The position numbers and the translations under genes were made by a program. A DNA stretch of 63,246 bases, filler included, from Reclinomonas americana ATCC 50394 (Eukaryota), in the NCBI GenBank assembly GCA_048213135.1. It is 11 parts of 11 records of this genome, joined end to end, with 100 filler letters (N's around TTAATTAATTAA, not from the genome) between each part and the next. Parts side by side here need not be neighbours in the genome. Positions count along the whole stretch, not along the records: positions 1 to 9,288 come from AFZH01021648.1; positions 9,389 to 15,526 come from AFZH01021649.1; 9 more parts are not named here. One strand, 5' to 3'. This document shows positions 1 through 12,351 of this stretch, in pieces (position 1 is the stretch's first letter; the number at the start of each line of letters is the position of its first letter). The notes beneath the pieces are model-generated. The model worked only from the letters and a program-made list of their open reading frames with translations, had not been told where the DNA came from and searched no databases.

Positions 1-31
1 AAAGGCGGATGGTTGGATCATGACAACTCAC

Positions 32-739
32 CGCCCCGATAAACAGATTGCTTCCTGGTGCACCCCCTGCCCCAAACCGGGAACGAGCCGACATGGCACT
101 CTTAATCGGCTTGTCGCCCTTGTCACCACCTGGCCCTCTTGCACTGCCCTGCGGCTGCACCGAGCGTGGCGACACGCCCGTCTGTGACACATTACTCTGA
201 TTCGAGCCTCTCCGCTGCAGACGACGCGCTGCAATCGACGACAATGGTGGCACTCCTTCGGGTCTGGGCTTCTTCGCACCACCACCCTCTCCATAGTCCG
301 AGTCGCAGTCCGAGTTCACCTCATCATCCGATGACGAGTCGGAATTCACGTCGGCCTCTGCTGCTGTGCACACCACCACCAGTCAGTCGCGTGAGTGAAG
401 GGAGAGAGAGGAGGGGGGGAGGAGACACACACCTGCGGGTTCTGGTGGTGCTCCGTTCTTGGCCTCCCACGCCTGCAGCTGGATAGGGTTTCCGTTTTCG
501 TCAAATACCTGCGCGTATGCGTGCCCAGCACGAGTTCAGCCGGAGGGAAAACACACACGCATGAAGCGGGAGCGGGAGAAGAGAGAAGAGAAAGAGAGAG
601 AGAAAGGAGGAGGGGAAAAAGAGATGACGATTCACACCTCTTCCATCAACAACGTGTCTGTCTTTTCGTCGCCTGTCTTGAGCGGCTGGAACCGCCGTAA
701 TGGTGCCACAGCCGCTGCCTTGCTTCCTCCACAACCCAT
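32..739 (-). CDS. 5' part of a spliced gene for a putative N-myristoylated/palmitoylated protein (3' partial, runs off the window)
   Basis: Exons 739-638, 508-433 and 357-32 join in phase through GT-AG introns to give MGCGGSKAAAVAPLRRFQPLKTGDEK...VFDENGNPIQLQAWEAK...EADVNSDSSSDDE...NLFIGA, followed by a GTGAGT donor at 31. MGCxxSK is the classic dual-acylation motif. Confidence 0.65.
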
Positions 740-1270
740 TCCTGCTGTCTGCTTGCCTTGCTTGCTTCCTGTTGTGTGGTCGTCGTCCCGCACAGAGACA
801 CACGTGCACAGAAAAAGAAAGAAGCAGTGCGGTTGACTCTTCCTCTCTCCACAAACTCCTCAAATCGCGAGAAAGAGAAACGCCCTCACTCACAACGATA
901 CACACGCGCGCACACAGGAGCGTTGTGTGTGTCTAATGTATAGGTGTGTGAGTGAGTGTGTGAGTGTGTGTTCAGCGACGCTTCCTTTGCGTTGAAGAAA
1001 CGGAAATCGAGGCACGCTTAAACCAACCAAAAAAACCGATTTTTCGGTCCGTTGGAAAACTCTGTCGCCACAACACACGAACGTCTCCGTGCACGTACGT
1101 GCAAGAAGCGTGTGTGTGCGTGTGTGCGCGTACATGCACAGGTGACGGGGCGACGAACTGCAGGAGTGGAAAAACCAAGCCACTGCGTCCACACGACCAA
1201 GAATTGCCAAGAGGATTGGCTGCCAGGCTTCACATTGGTCTGCGTATGACCAAAAGCGGTCACATGAGTT

Positions 1271-2995
1271 TTAACGTTCATTCGTCGCCGCTAGTTGTTT
1301 CCGCACTTCTTTGACGGCACGAGCCGACAGTCGTTGGAGAAGGCTCGGAGGACCGCGGTGGATCAATTGCAGGAGACGATCGACTTCCTGCACCGTGTGT
1401 TGTGCGACATCGATATTGGCAACATTGGTCTTCGCTGCGCATGCCGAGGACCGTTGGCGAAGTGCGTATTCGACGGCCTCCACACGAACGACGGCGTTGT
1501 TGCACAGTGGGCACTTGCCGGCACGTTGTGTGTTCTCTAGCGCCTCCAGGCACTCTCGGCAGAACCCGTGGCCGCACGGAATCAGGCGGTGCGACGGCGC
1601 CACGAAATCGAGCTGATCCGTGTCGTCGTGGGCATTCATGCTCGACTCGGGTCCCATGCAAATGAGGCACTGGCGGTTGGTGTGCGCGCTAATTTGTACA
1701 GGAGGGGCGCCGGCGGCGAGAGTGGACGCCCGTCGCCGCAGCTCCGAGGCCAGCTGCAGTCGCTGCTCGACATTGAGCCGCTTCCGAAGTGCGCCCGTTG
1801 GCAAGGTGAGGTACTCGGCGAGTTGCAGTGCTGCGCAAGTGGTCGGAGTGCGGTCAGCATGGGAGAAGCCGGAGGGAGAACGCATTGCATTGAAAAAATA
1901 CTGGGCGCACTTGTGGAGGCTCCAGTGTACAGTATCGGCCTCGGCGCTGGGGGCGGGGGCGGAGCAATCGGCTCTGGTGGTGGCATGCGTAGCTCTACTC
2001 GGCCTAGAAGTCGCTGGCCGATGGCGCGACCCCATTCCCACAATATTCCGCCGGCGATGACACCGGCGGCCACACATTCGATAAAGGCACCCACCAGCAG
2101 CGCTCGGAATGCCCACGTGTGCGTGGCGTTGGTACTGCCGATATCGACGTAGCCGCGGTAGACAAACAGCCAGAGTGCGGTTGCACTGAGGGAGACCCCG
2201 GAAGTGCTGAGAGTGGCCAGCCAGAACGGTAGCGCCTGACCACCGCCTCGCACGAGCAGCACGAACACGAGCAGGCCTGTTGTGTTTGGCAGAACACCAC
2301 AGAGCAGGCGTCCTCCAAAGGCAGAGACGCCCAGCTGACTGTCGAGTTGTATCAGCAGCGAGATCGACGCGCTGATCGCCCACACGGTCCACACGCTGTA
2401 TACTTGCAGCAGGCTGTCCGGGTCTGCAGAAGGCCTGGTTTCCTCTTTGGAGTGCACGCACGACAAAGAGGGAGAGGCACAGTGAGCAATCTGCACTGCT
2501 CAGTCAGGAAGAAGCATCGTGAGCGCGCGCGCGCGCGCACCATTGTGTCCGTTTCGACGCGGAAACGACGGTTGCCAGCGATCGAAAGCGGCCATCAGCA
2601 GCATGGCCAGAATGCCCACGGTCGACCACAGCACCCGGTGTCTGAGCTGATCCATCTCCACCGTACTTCGGCAGTGTTCTGCGCCGCGATTGCCGACGCG
2701 TTCGAGATAGCGGCGACTGATCTCCTCCCTCGAGCGTTCGTATAGGCGACACAGGTACTGCGAGGGAAACGTCAGATGAACGTCTGTTCGCGATCGCCTG
2801 TGTTTGTGTGGGTGTTCCACTCACCGACATGAGCGCCAACCATGTGCCGTAGGCGAGGATCGCGCACGCTGCCATCGAGAACGACCACTTGTCGAACCGC
2901 AGCACTCCGAGGCGAGCGGCAAGCCAGAAGCCGACGGCGTCAAAGAGCCACTGAGTGCCCGTCGGAAGGCGTCGGAGACTGTAGTGGTACCACAT
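1271..2995 (-). CDS. Multi-pass membrane protein with C-terminal RING-HC (C3HC4) finger, putative E3 ubiquitin ligase, paralog A (4 exons)
   Basis: ATG at 2995 (MWYHYSLRRLP), several hydrophobic segments, then CLICM...PCGHGFCRECL...CPLC and a TAA stop at 1271. Intron positions are shared with the paralog at 5035-6677. Confidence 0.85.
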
Positions 2996-3127
2996 AATGG
3001 GGTGTTGGTGTCCGCGCGCTGATCAGAGTGAGAGCTGTGAAACGCGCCAAAGGATCGTTTCGGTGTTGTCAGTCCATGCCGGATCCCGCTTCAAAATATC
3101 CTGTCAAGCGTGACTTTATTCGCATCA

Positions 3128-4846
3128 TCAGCACAGCGGCGACGCTGTGCTCGGAGTCGGTGGACTCACAGCACTAAACAACTGATCATCGCCCGTGAGT
3201 CGCAACAGGCGTGAAGGTCGCAATCTCCGCAGTTTCCGCTGTGCAGGATCCTCGGCTGCCTCTTCCGCGTGCTTCGTCGGCGTGCTGGCCGGTGCGTCAT
3301 CGATGCAAAGGTCGCTCGGCATCTTATCGATCGAGTCCGTCGACGTCGCCACAGTCGCTGCCTCCAGCTCGATCCGCGCCTTCTCCGCCGCTTGTGCCTC
3401 CACCAGTTGTCTGCTGGCCACAATCTCCGCGAGCGCCTTGTCCACCATGCGCCTGTCGTGGAGAATGCAACAATGAGCGACAACTAATCAACAGATAGAG
3501 AGAGAGAGAGAGAAAGAAAGCGCACCGTCCAGAGTAAGCACCGGTGCCGTTGACATCGACTGACGCGAGAACGCCGCCGGTGGCACTGTCCGCGACAATG
3601 CGTGCCACGCATTGGTGGCCACGACTGCGGAACGGATTGTTGCGTAGCTCCCAGCAGCGCAACACACCACGGCGCATCAACGCACAGAGAGCCGGTTCGG
3701 CGCGCAGCAGTCCTTCCTCGCTGATCTCGCAGTCTGCGAGTGCGTGCGGATGTTTTTGGAAAGTCAAGTCACACATTGTTTTGACCACCACAATCGCCGA
3801 CACAAACCATTCAAACGCAGCGTGGTCAGTGACGGGCACCGTGCAAGGCTCTCCATCAGCGTCGCAAAACTCCGCGCATTACTCAGGTTGTTGCCCGCTG
3901 TACGCGCGCGATGAATGATCTCAGAATGCAGAATATCGAAAGTCGACCCTCGCGCGGAAGCACGACGCAACAGAGGTCCAGTGTGGCAAGTGACGGCATC
4001 GCAGGCACCGCCATGGCCACCGCAAACACCCAGTCATGCACGTCGCTGTTGCACGACGCCAGCGAGAGCGTATGCAGTCGCGGACACCCGAGACCAACGG
4101 CGCACACCTGTCAGCGACCGAGTGAGCACGCGACATAAACGACGACGGACTCTAACAGCTGATGTCCTGCGCACCAGGTCACCCACTGCACGTCCACCGT
4201 GGCTGCCCACAAAGCAGCCTGCACAACGAGTAGAGTTGAGGAGAGGGGAAGATCAAGAGGCTCTCACTGCACTCACGTTCCACTCGCAGCGATTGGAGCG
4301 CGTGCATGTGTCGCACAGCTTCACTCAGGTCGCTCACGTCGTCCAGCAGAATATCAAAACCTGGAGAGGAGGAGAGAGAGAGTGTGTGTCAACTTGTGAT
4401 CTTCAGAAATGAGTGTGTGTGTGCGAGACGTACCCTCCAGCTTCAGGTCTTCCAGTGCGGGGCACGAGGCGGCCACTGCCGAGAAGAACGCGTCACTGCC
4501 AGTGAACTGCATGCAGCAATCTGTGTGTGTGTGTGTGCGTCGCGTGAGCAGCCGTCCTCTTCATTTCGCGCCCACTCGCATTGCACACTCACATCGCATG
4601 TCCAGTGACCGCAGAGGCAGTCGCGCACTGTGGAGTGACTGCTGCTGCAAGTGGTGCGTCAGGGCGTGGAAGGAGACATCGCCGAGGCCGGTGACTGTGA
4701 CGAGGGAAAGCGATCTTAGGACATTGACGCGGGACGCCTTCTTATGCCCCCCAACCCGAGTCGCTCTCTCTCTCACCCACGATGGTTTCCTCGGTTCGCC
4801 ACTCTTCGATCAACGACTCGGAGGCGTAAGCGTTGGGCGATGTCAT
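3128..4846 (-). CDS. Leucine-rich repeat (RNI-like) protein, about 8 exons
   Basis: Spliced LRR motifs: CPALEDLKL, CPRLHTLSLASC, SLATLDLSGNNL (across intron 3971-3898), CPSLTTLRLNDCEI, WELRNNPF. Stop at 3128. Start inferred at ATG 4846 (MTSPNAYASESLIEEW). Confidence 0.7.
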
Positions 4847-5034
4847 GGCGCGTTGTTGTGTTCGCTCACAAAAAATACTGGTGGTGTGTCTTGATTTCCC
4901 AAGTGGCGTCGGAAAAACACCACGGGACGAAACAAAGCAGGCTGGCACTGGGCACCGTGTGGCCCACGCGAAGCCTACTTGATCGTGCGCGATCCAGTGA
5001 CAAACTGCAAGTCGGAATCTGTCTGTTGACATGA

Positions 5035-6677
5035 TTAGCGACGTTCACTCACGCCAACGGTGCACCGTCGCACCGCATCCACCGCGCCTGCCGACAGCCG
5101 TTCCCATATGCTCGGAGGACTGCGATGAATCAGCTGCTGCAGACGGTCCACCTCACAGGCCGTGTGCGTCGCCACATCAATATCAGCTGCTGCTTTCGGC
5201 AACCGCTGGCGGAGCCTGTACTCCACGGCCTCCACGCGGATTACGGCATTGTTGCAGAGTGGACATGTTTCGGCACGATGCTGGTCCTCCAGTGCCTCCA
5301 GACACTCGCGACAGAACGCGTGGCCGCACGGAATCAGGCGGTGCGAGGGCGCCACAAAGTCCAGCTGATCTGAGACGTCGGTGCTCGACTCTGGTCCCAT
5401 GCAAATGAGACACTGGCTGTTGGTGCTCGCCGCCTGCGCGCCTACGGGCATAGGTGGAGCGCCGGCGGCAAGGGTGGATGCGCGCTGCCGCAGCTCTGCG
5501 GCCAGCTGCAGTCGTTGCTCGACATTTAGGCGCTCACACAGCGTGCCGGCTGGCAAGGTGAGGTACTCGGCGAGTCGATTAGCTGCATGTATTGGTGGTG
5601 ATGCACAAAAGTAATGAGCATCGAATTGCATTCTGCGCAGCATGTATGCGCGCGCGCACGGTACGCGTACCTGTTGCGAGAGCACCGTACTCGGTCGGTA
5701 GTGGTGGATGCGCTGGCACCATTCTCATCTCCACTCGGCCAAGAAGTCGGCGGCCTACAGCGCGACTGAAACCGCACGCAATCGTTATAGCGATAATGCA
5801 GGCGATCCCACATTCGTAGACCACGAGTGGAGTGGCTATAGGATAGTACCCGTAGCCTCGGTAGTTCATGAGCCACACGGTAGTCGTGCTCTGCAGAACA
5901 TCCGAAGTGCTGAGGGCAGCCAGCCAAAACGGCAACGGCTGACCACCACCACGCACGAGCAACACGAACACGAGCAGGCCTGACGTGTTTGGCAGCGCAT
6001 TGCAGAAAAGGCGACATTTCAGATACAAGGCGCCCAGCAGCCCGTCAACCCACACCATCGCACTAATAGTCAAACTGATGGCGCCTGTGGCCCACACTCC
6101 GTAGACTTGAAGCAGGCTGTTCGGGTCCTCGGATGGCCTCTCCTTTGCTTTGATGTGCGCACAAGTACCGCAAAATGAGTGACTGCAATGGACACAAATG
6201 GCACGGAAAACGCACAGTAGTAATCTCGTTGCGTAAACGACGGCTCCCATCGATCCAGAACCGCGAGAAGCAGCACCACAAGCATGCCCATGGCCCCCCA
6301 CAGCCGCATGTGTTTTATCTGGTCTTCCCACACCACGTCTGCATAGAGTTCGGCGTCACGATAGCCGACTCGTTCGAGATACCGACGACGAATTTCATCC
6401 CGGGAGCGCTCGTACAGGCGTGACACGTACTGCACGCCCCGTCCGTGTCAGATGGCACAAGGTACATATAGGATGCTGAATCAGCACATGTGCACGCGTC
6501 ACTCACCTCCGAGAGAACGAACAAGGTGCCGTACGCGAACAAGGTCGTTACTGCCATGGAGAGTGACCACATGTCGTATCGCAGCACTCCCAGGCGTGCC
6601 GCAAGCCAGAAGGCCGCCGCGTCAAAGGGCCATTGGACACCCATCGGAAGGCGCCGCAGAATGCAATGGTACCACAT
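5035..6677 (-). CDS. Multi-pass membrane protein with C-terminal RING-HC finger, paralog B (4 exons)
   Basis: ATG at 6677 (MWYHCILRRLP), aligns end to end with paralog A, RING CLICM...PCGHAFCRECL...CPLC, TAA stop at 5035. Confidence 0.85.
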
Positions 6678-6812
6678 GGTGTGTGCGCGCTACACGGGAA
6701 TACAAACGTGAAACAGGATGACTGGACACCATCCTGTTGTCCGAGTCAAGGGACTGACCGCGCGTTTCGAAACCTACTGTCCGCCTTGTATCGAAAAAAT
6801 AACCTACACTAT

Positions 6813-9288
6813 TTACTTGCTCATTACTTGTACATACGTCGACGGCACAAGTCCCTCCTGCGCATCACACAGTGAGCGATCCACCGCATTCACAGACAGA
6901 ACAGAATCGATCTATGAATGCACTGACCTGGTTCCGCTTGTTGACACCAAAGAACCAGTCGCCACTGTGTGCACAAAACGAGGTGAGCAGCGTGATTCGC
7001 GCGGAAGCCTGACAAGAATACGAAAAACGCACCGTCGCCACAGCAGATCGACGATTTCGCCTTCGTACAATCTCAGCATGCGTGCATCGTCGGGGGCGTA
7101 ATCGTACAACACCTGCGTGGCGAGTCAGCATAATCAACCAAAGCCGTGCCTGTGTGCAACGCTACTCACCAAGCACTGCGTTCCAGTAACATCCTCGTAC
7201 GAGGGTGCCACTGCAGCCTGCGAGTTGTCGTTTGACGACTGCGCGTTATCGTTCGCAGCGATCGAATTTGTGTTTGAGGCAGTTGCCGTCGCCTCCCTAC
7301 TCGCGCCTGAATGCGCAGCTGGAGGCGCTGCCGCTGCCGCCGCTGCCGCTGCCGTCGTGGTGGTGGTGGTGGTGGCGGTGGTGGCGACAACTGGCGTGGA
7401 GGCTCGTAGACCCATGGAGGCCAATGTGCGCTTCGCGCTCTCATCGAGATGCGAGTCGGAGCGTGCGGCCGACGCTGGGGCCGCCGCCGCCGCCGCTGCG
7501 GCTGGTCGCGCTGGACTGATTCGTCCGTTCGCCACCCCACCACCGCTCACTGCTGTTGCCGCCGCCGGCGACGATGACATGGCCATCGGCAGCGTCGTTT
7601 GTGAGTTGACGACACCTGTACCAACAAAAAAGCGTCAGGAAATGGCGCTCACTTTAAAAAGTGTGCGTGCGCGTGTGATTGTGAAGAACGCACCACCACA
7701 CTTGGCCTTGCGGAAGGCGGCGAGGCAGGCGTGCAACAGATTGCGTCGCTTCGTCTTCAAGTAGATGATCGGCTCACCCGGTGCGGCACGAATGGTCATC
7801 TCGTTGCCTGACGACAGCGACGGCGTGAACTCCACCACCGGCGTGAAGCGAATATGCGCAATGTCTGCTTCACGGCCAAACACTCGCTTCTCGTACAGCC
7901 GGAAACCCTATTGGGCGCTCACCATGTCAGAAAGAAACACTCGCCAGGTGCGCACTCGAGTAGAGACGCAACAGATGAGTCAATATCGAGTCGCACTCGG
8001 CGCTCCTTGTGCTTACTGCTGCCAGCAGCCGTGTACACCTCGAACGCCACCTTGCCCTCGCGCATGTACTCTTGCACGTCGCGCTCCTCGGCCTCGGTAA
8101 GCGGAATGATTTCCTCTGCGGCGCAGCAGCCGGTGTACATGAGAACAACAGGAGAACACAGGCACATGAGAGAGGAATCGACAACGTCGCACACACCACG
8201 GAAGAGCGACTCTTGCGGAACAAAAGCATTGGCAGAAAAGTTGCTGTTCATGGCCAGGATGGTGACCGATTGCTGCACGAGCCACATGCGAAGGGTGAGA
8301 GCAAGCCACCACCAACAAAAAGAAAACCTAACGCACCGAATCATCCTTGGCGTGGATCGTGTTTCGTCGACGCTGAGGGCTCACTGCACCGCCACCGTCC
8401 AGCGGATCGCGTGGCGAGATGCCTGAGGCGGCCGATGCAGGTGCCATGGTCAGCGGAGTGGCAGCTCGAACGACAGGTGCAGCTGCAGCTGGCGTCGCTG
8501 CTGGTGGTGCTGCCGCTGATGCCGCCGTCGCAGGTGGCGCTACTGCGACACCACTCTCCGACGCCAGTCGCTCCTTCTCGTGCTTCAAAATCTCCATCAT
8601 CTCCACTCGTATGGCCTCCTCGGACTGCGCGCCCACCAACGACGACGATGGCGCATCGCCGATACTCGGCAACGCGTGCGCAGGTGCGCCACCAACACCA
8701 ACACCACCGGCAGCAGGCACAGCGTTCGGGCTGGTGGCGTTACCGCCGTCATCGTGGTGTTTCCTTCTTTGCAGCTTTTCGTGTATCCTTGCCTTGATGG
8801 CGTTGCGCTGCTGACTTGGATCGTCGGAGGGCCTCTGCATCTCAAAGTGGGTGAGAGGAAGAAGTGGAGACACACGTCCGTGGCAACCCCCACTCACACG
8901 CACCTCATCGACACCACCATTCGCGTCACCGGCATCACTGCCGTTGGCGGACCTGGCGGACTTGGGTGAGGTATCGCTCGCACCAAGGGGTGGCGTCGAC
9001 GACACGATTTCGCGCTTGAGACGGGGCAGTCGTGGCGGCTCCACACCAGCACCCTCGACAGATTCGTCCAACGGGGTTCTCGCTCGTGCCGCCTCGAAAC
9101 CCTGCCGCCTCGGCTGATAATCTCGGCCCGACAGTGAGAGAGACTCACTCGGCACCGGCGACGCAGTCCGGCCACCACTCTCCGGCGAAGCGCGATCATC
9201 CAGCAGTCGCTGCGCACGGGGTCAGACGAATCATTTCTTGCGTCTGAGCAAGCACGCAGTGGCAAGAACCTTGGCGGGAGACTTTGGA
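6813..9288 (-). CDS. SH3-domain protein with low-complexity Ala/Ser/Pro linkers and a possible PH-like domain (5' partial)
   Basis: The last exons splice to VLYDYAPDDARMLRLYEGEIVDLLWRR..GDWFFGVNKRNQ..EGLVPSTYVQVMSK*, which carries the SH3 ALYDY / W / GxxPxxYV pattern. A globular segment at about 7700-8100 is only tentatively PH-like. Confidence 0.75.
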
Positions 9289-9388
9289 NNNNNNNNNNNN
9301 NNNNNNNNNNNNNNNNNNNNNNNNNNNNNNNNTTAATTAATTAANNNNNNNNNNNNNNNNNNNNNNNNNNNNNNNNNNNNNNNNNNNN
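9289..9388. other. Artificial assembly spacer (N44-TTAATTAATTAA-N44)
   Basis: Identical 100-bp block with six-frame stops, present ten times in the window. Confidence 0.98.
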
Positions 9389-9591
9389 GCACGCGGACAC
9401 AACGCGCAAACGAAGAAAGACGGCCCGCCTCTCGCGAAATTTCACCAACTCATCCTTAAGCTTCTCACCCTCTCATGCGGCGGCGATCGGACCACGAGCG
9501 AGTGTGGAGCGCGGGAGAGGCGGCCGCCGCTCGCTGCCGTTATTCGCGCAATGGCGTTGTGCTGCACTACCGTCGTGGTGGGTGCGCTCTC

Positions 9592-11076
9592 ATGACCATG
9601 CTGGTCATTCCGTGTCTGGGTCTGCTGGTGGCCTGGGCGGTGGCCGCCAGTGCCACCTTTCGTTGCGTCGCATATCTTGTGCTGGTGACGTGCGTCTGTC
9701 GCTCACTGGTGTGCAGAGGTGACGTGGACGTACACGCCGAGCAACTTTTCGCTGTTTCCCAAGTACTCGACCACGGGCTCGCGAGTGGTGAACGTGCACG
9801 TGCAGGCCACGTCGTTCAATGCACCGACGGCGTCGCCGTATTTGATGATTGCGGGCACAGGGCCCAAGTACTACAACATCCTGTATGGCGTCGATATGAA
9901 CACGCAGTACACGGAGACGCTGCGGTTGACGACGTCGGCCATCAATCAGAACGGACAAGTGTGGGTCAATGAGCGGCTGCCGGTGTCGGATTCGTGGCGG
10001 TCGACGTTCCGCTTCCGCTTGTCGCGCGATCATGCGCGGATCAATCGGTGCTTTGACTGCTTGGATGCCAACACGCCCGATGCCACCGATCATCACCTCC
10101 CGTACAATGTCGGCGAGGGATTCGCCTTTGTCATCTACAACACCAAGCGTGGCACGCAGCCGCTGCTCGGAGGCGGCGGCTCGCAGCTCGGCTACGGCAA
10201 CTTGAAGAATCTGCTGGCTGTGGAGTTTGACTTTCGCCTGTCGACCGACTTGCTGGACCCGAGCATGGCACACATTAGCGTGCGCTCGCAGGGCGACCAG
10301 GTGAGTGGGGGAGAGAGGAGCGTGTCTTGCTGTGCGCGTGTGTTGATTGCTTCTATGTGCTGCAGTTGGTGACGGCCACACACGCGCTGCCGTTTCCGCC
10401 CACTCCACCACCAGCGTTTGGCACGGCGTTGGAGTTCACGGGAGACCAGTCGTACGCGCAGTACAGCTGGGAGAACAAGTACTCGCTGGTCAACTACTTG
10501 TCGCCGAACGTGACGCCACCGTACTCGTTTGCGCACATTCCCGAGGTCTACGACAGTCACGTGCACAAGGTCGACATTCAGTACGACAACAAGATTCGCC
10601 GACTGCAGGTCTTCATGGACGACAGCCCCATTCCGGCGCTCACGAACACGGTGGATCTGCGCAACACAGTCATCCTCAACCAGTCCGACAAGTGCCCCTA
10701 CAACGACAGCTGTCTGTGGTGCACCGAGGACTACGACGATCCCGGCTGGCTCTACTCTAATTGTCGCTGCGGCGGGCAAGACGGCGCACTGATCTACGAC
10801 ATTGACCTGCGGCCGATCAACAACATCATGACGCGCGCCGCCTACAGGATCGTCGTCATCAAGGGCAACCGCGGCGGCAACCAGTGGCCCGACTGGGGCA
10901 AGTGCTACCCGTGCCAGTACCGCATCGCCTGCGCGGCCTGGGTCGGCTTCACCGCCACCACCGGCAGCACCACCGACGCCGTGTCCAATCTGGACTTGTA
11001 CGACTGGACGTTCGACGGCACCTCGGTGCTCGATCCAACCACGCGCTGGATCCAGAACTGGGCCGGCAACGTCTGA
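9592..11076 (+). CDS. Secreted legume (L-type) lectin-domain protein (3 exons)
   Basis: Signal peptide MTMLVIPCLGLLVAWAVAASA, then L-lectin motifs LRLT..GQVW, GEGFAFVI, LGY..LAVEFD..HISV, HKVDIQYD..LQVFMD..VDL and AWVGFTATTG..DWTF. Introns at about 9662-9716 and 10301-10365. Confidence 0.85.
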
Positions 11077-11123
11077 GTGAAAACCACGAGGAAAATTTGT
11101 TTTGTTTCTTCTTGTTGTTGTGC

Positions 11124-11868
11124 ATGGCCGCGAGCGCAGAGAGCAGCAGTGTGCGAGTGGAGGAGGGGGAGGATGCCGAGGTGGAGGCCCACATCACTGC
11201 CATGATCGAGCGCGGCGAGTGGACCGTTGAGTGTAGTAAGAGAGAGTGGCGAGCCTGTCTGTCGCACTGACATGCAGTGTGCCAGGTGGACAAGGCCTCA
11301 CAGGCATTCATCCTCAGTCTGGGCATGTACCCGGTGCTGACACGCTCACTGGGCGGCGCACAGACCACTCGTTGCGTTGTGTGATCATCGCTGAACAACA
11401 GCAACAACAAGCCCTCTCACATCGCGTGTACACACAGGCTCCGTCCTGTCAGTGGTTCTGGCCGCACGCGACCCCGCCTCCACCTCCACCTCCACCTCCA
11501 CCTCCTCCATCGACATGGAGACGGCGCTGTTCACGGCCCTCATGGACGAGTGGAACGCGATTGTCCGTCGCGTCTTTGCGCAACTGGAGCTGTGCGCTCG
11601 CTCCACCTCCTCCTCCTCGGCATCACCCAAGGAACGCGAGGAGCTTCTGATCCGCGCATACGTGCGCGGAGCACTCGACCTGGAGATGAAGGTCCTCGAT
11701 CCGCTGCGCCAGTTAACGTCGCACATTGAGGGCCAAAGCGCACTGGACGAGTTGCTGCCCATGGCCGCTGCTGGCATGCGACTACACGATGATGGTTTGT
11801 TAGGCTGCAGCTTCTGTTGCTTCCCTTCTTGTCTTTTTTATTTGATGTCGACGTTGTGCGCAGAATGA
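11124..11868 (+). CDS. Hypothetical helical protein (spliced; 3' end uncertain)
   Basis: MAASAESSSVRVEEGEDAEVEAHI..VDKASQAFILSLGMYP..DMETALFTALMDEWNAIVRRVF..LDELLP, with coding-like codon usage and phase-compatible introns. No family recognised. Confidence 0.5.
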
Positions 11869-12044
11869 GCTGTTCTCGATCAGCAGCAGCGACCGTCGTC
11901 GAATGCGCTGGCCGTGTATAGTAAGCACACACGCGCATGCGCACAGTTGACGAAAGCCAGGCTTTCGTTGTGAGAAATGAACCTCGACGCGCGTGTCCTC
12001 TGAGTCACTCGCCGCATCTTATCTTTGCGTTGTCTTTCCGCACA

Positions 12045-12319
12045 ATGTCTTCGGCATCGAGCAGCACTGTGAGCTTTGCGGCCTCCACCACCACTGCGCA
12101 TCTGGAGGAGCGCTACATGACAGAGTTGCGCGTTGTCTCACGCGCGCAATATACACACACACGCGAAATGCGCGAAAAGAAGACAGTTGACCAGTGGCAC
12201 TTTGTGAGAGCTTGTGCGCGCAAGTCTGAGTGTGTGTGCGCCTGTGCGCGTCTCTCTCACTCTTCACTCTCTCTGTGTGAGAAGTCGTTCATATGGCTTT
12301 CCCGCGCGCCATGGCTTCT

Positions 12320-12351
<32 letters not shown>

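Noticed and set aside
11215..11277. GC-AG intron (G|GCGAGT)
   Set aside because: An in-phase canonical GTAAGA donor at 11236 explains the junction equally well; undecidable without cDNA.
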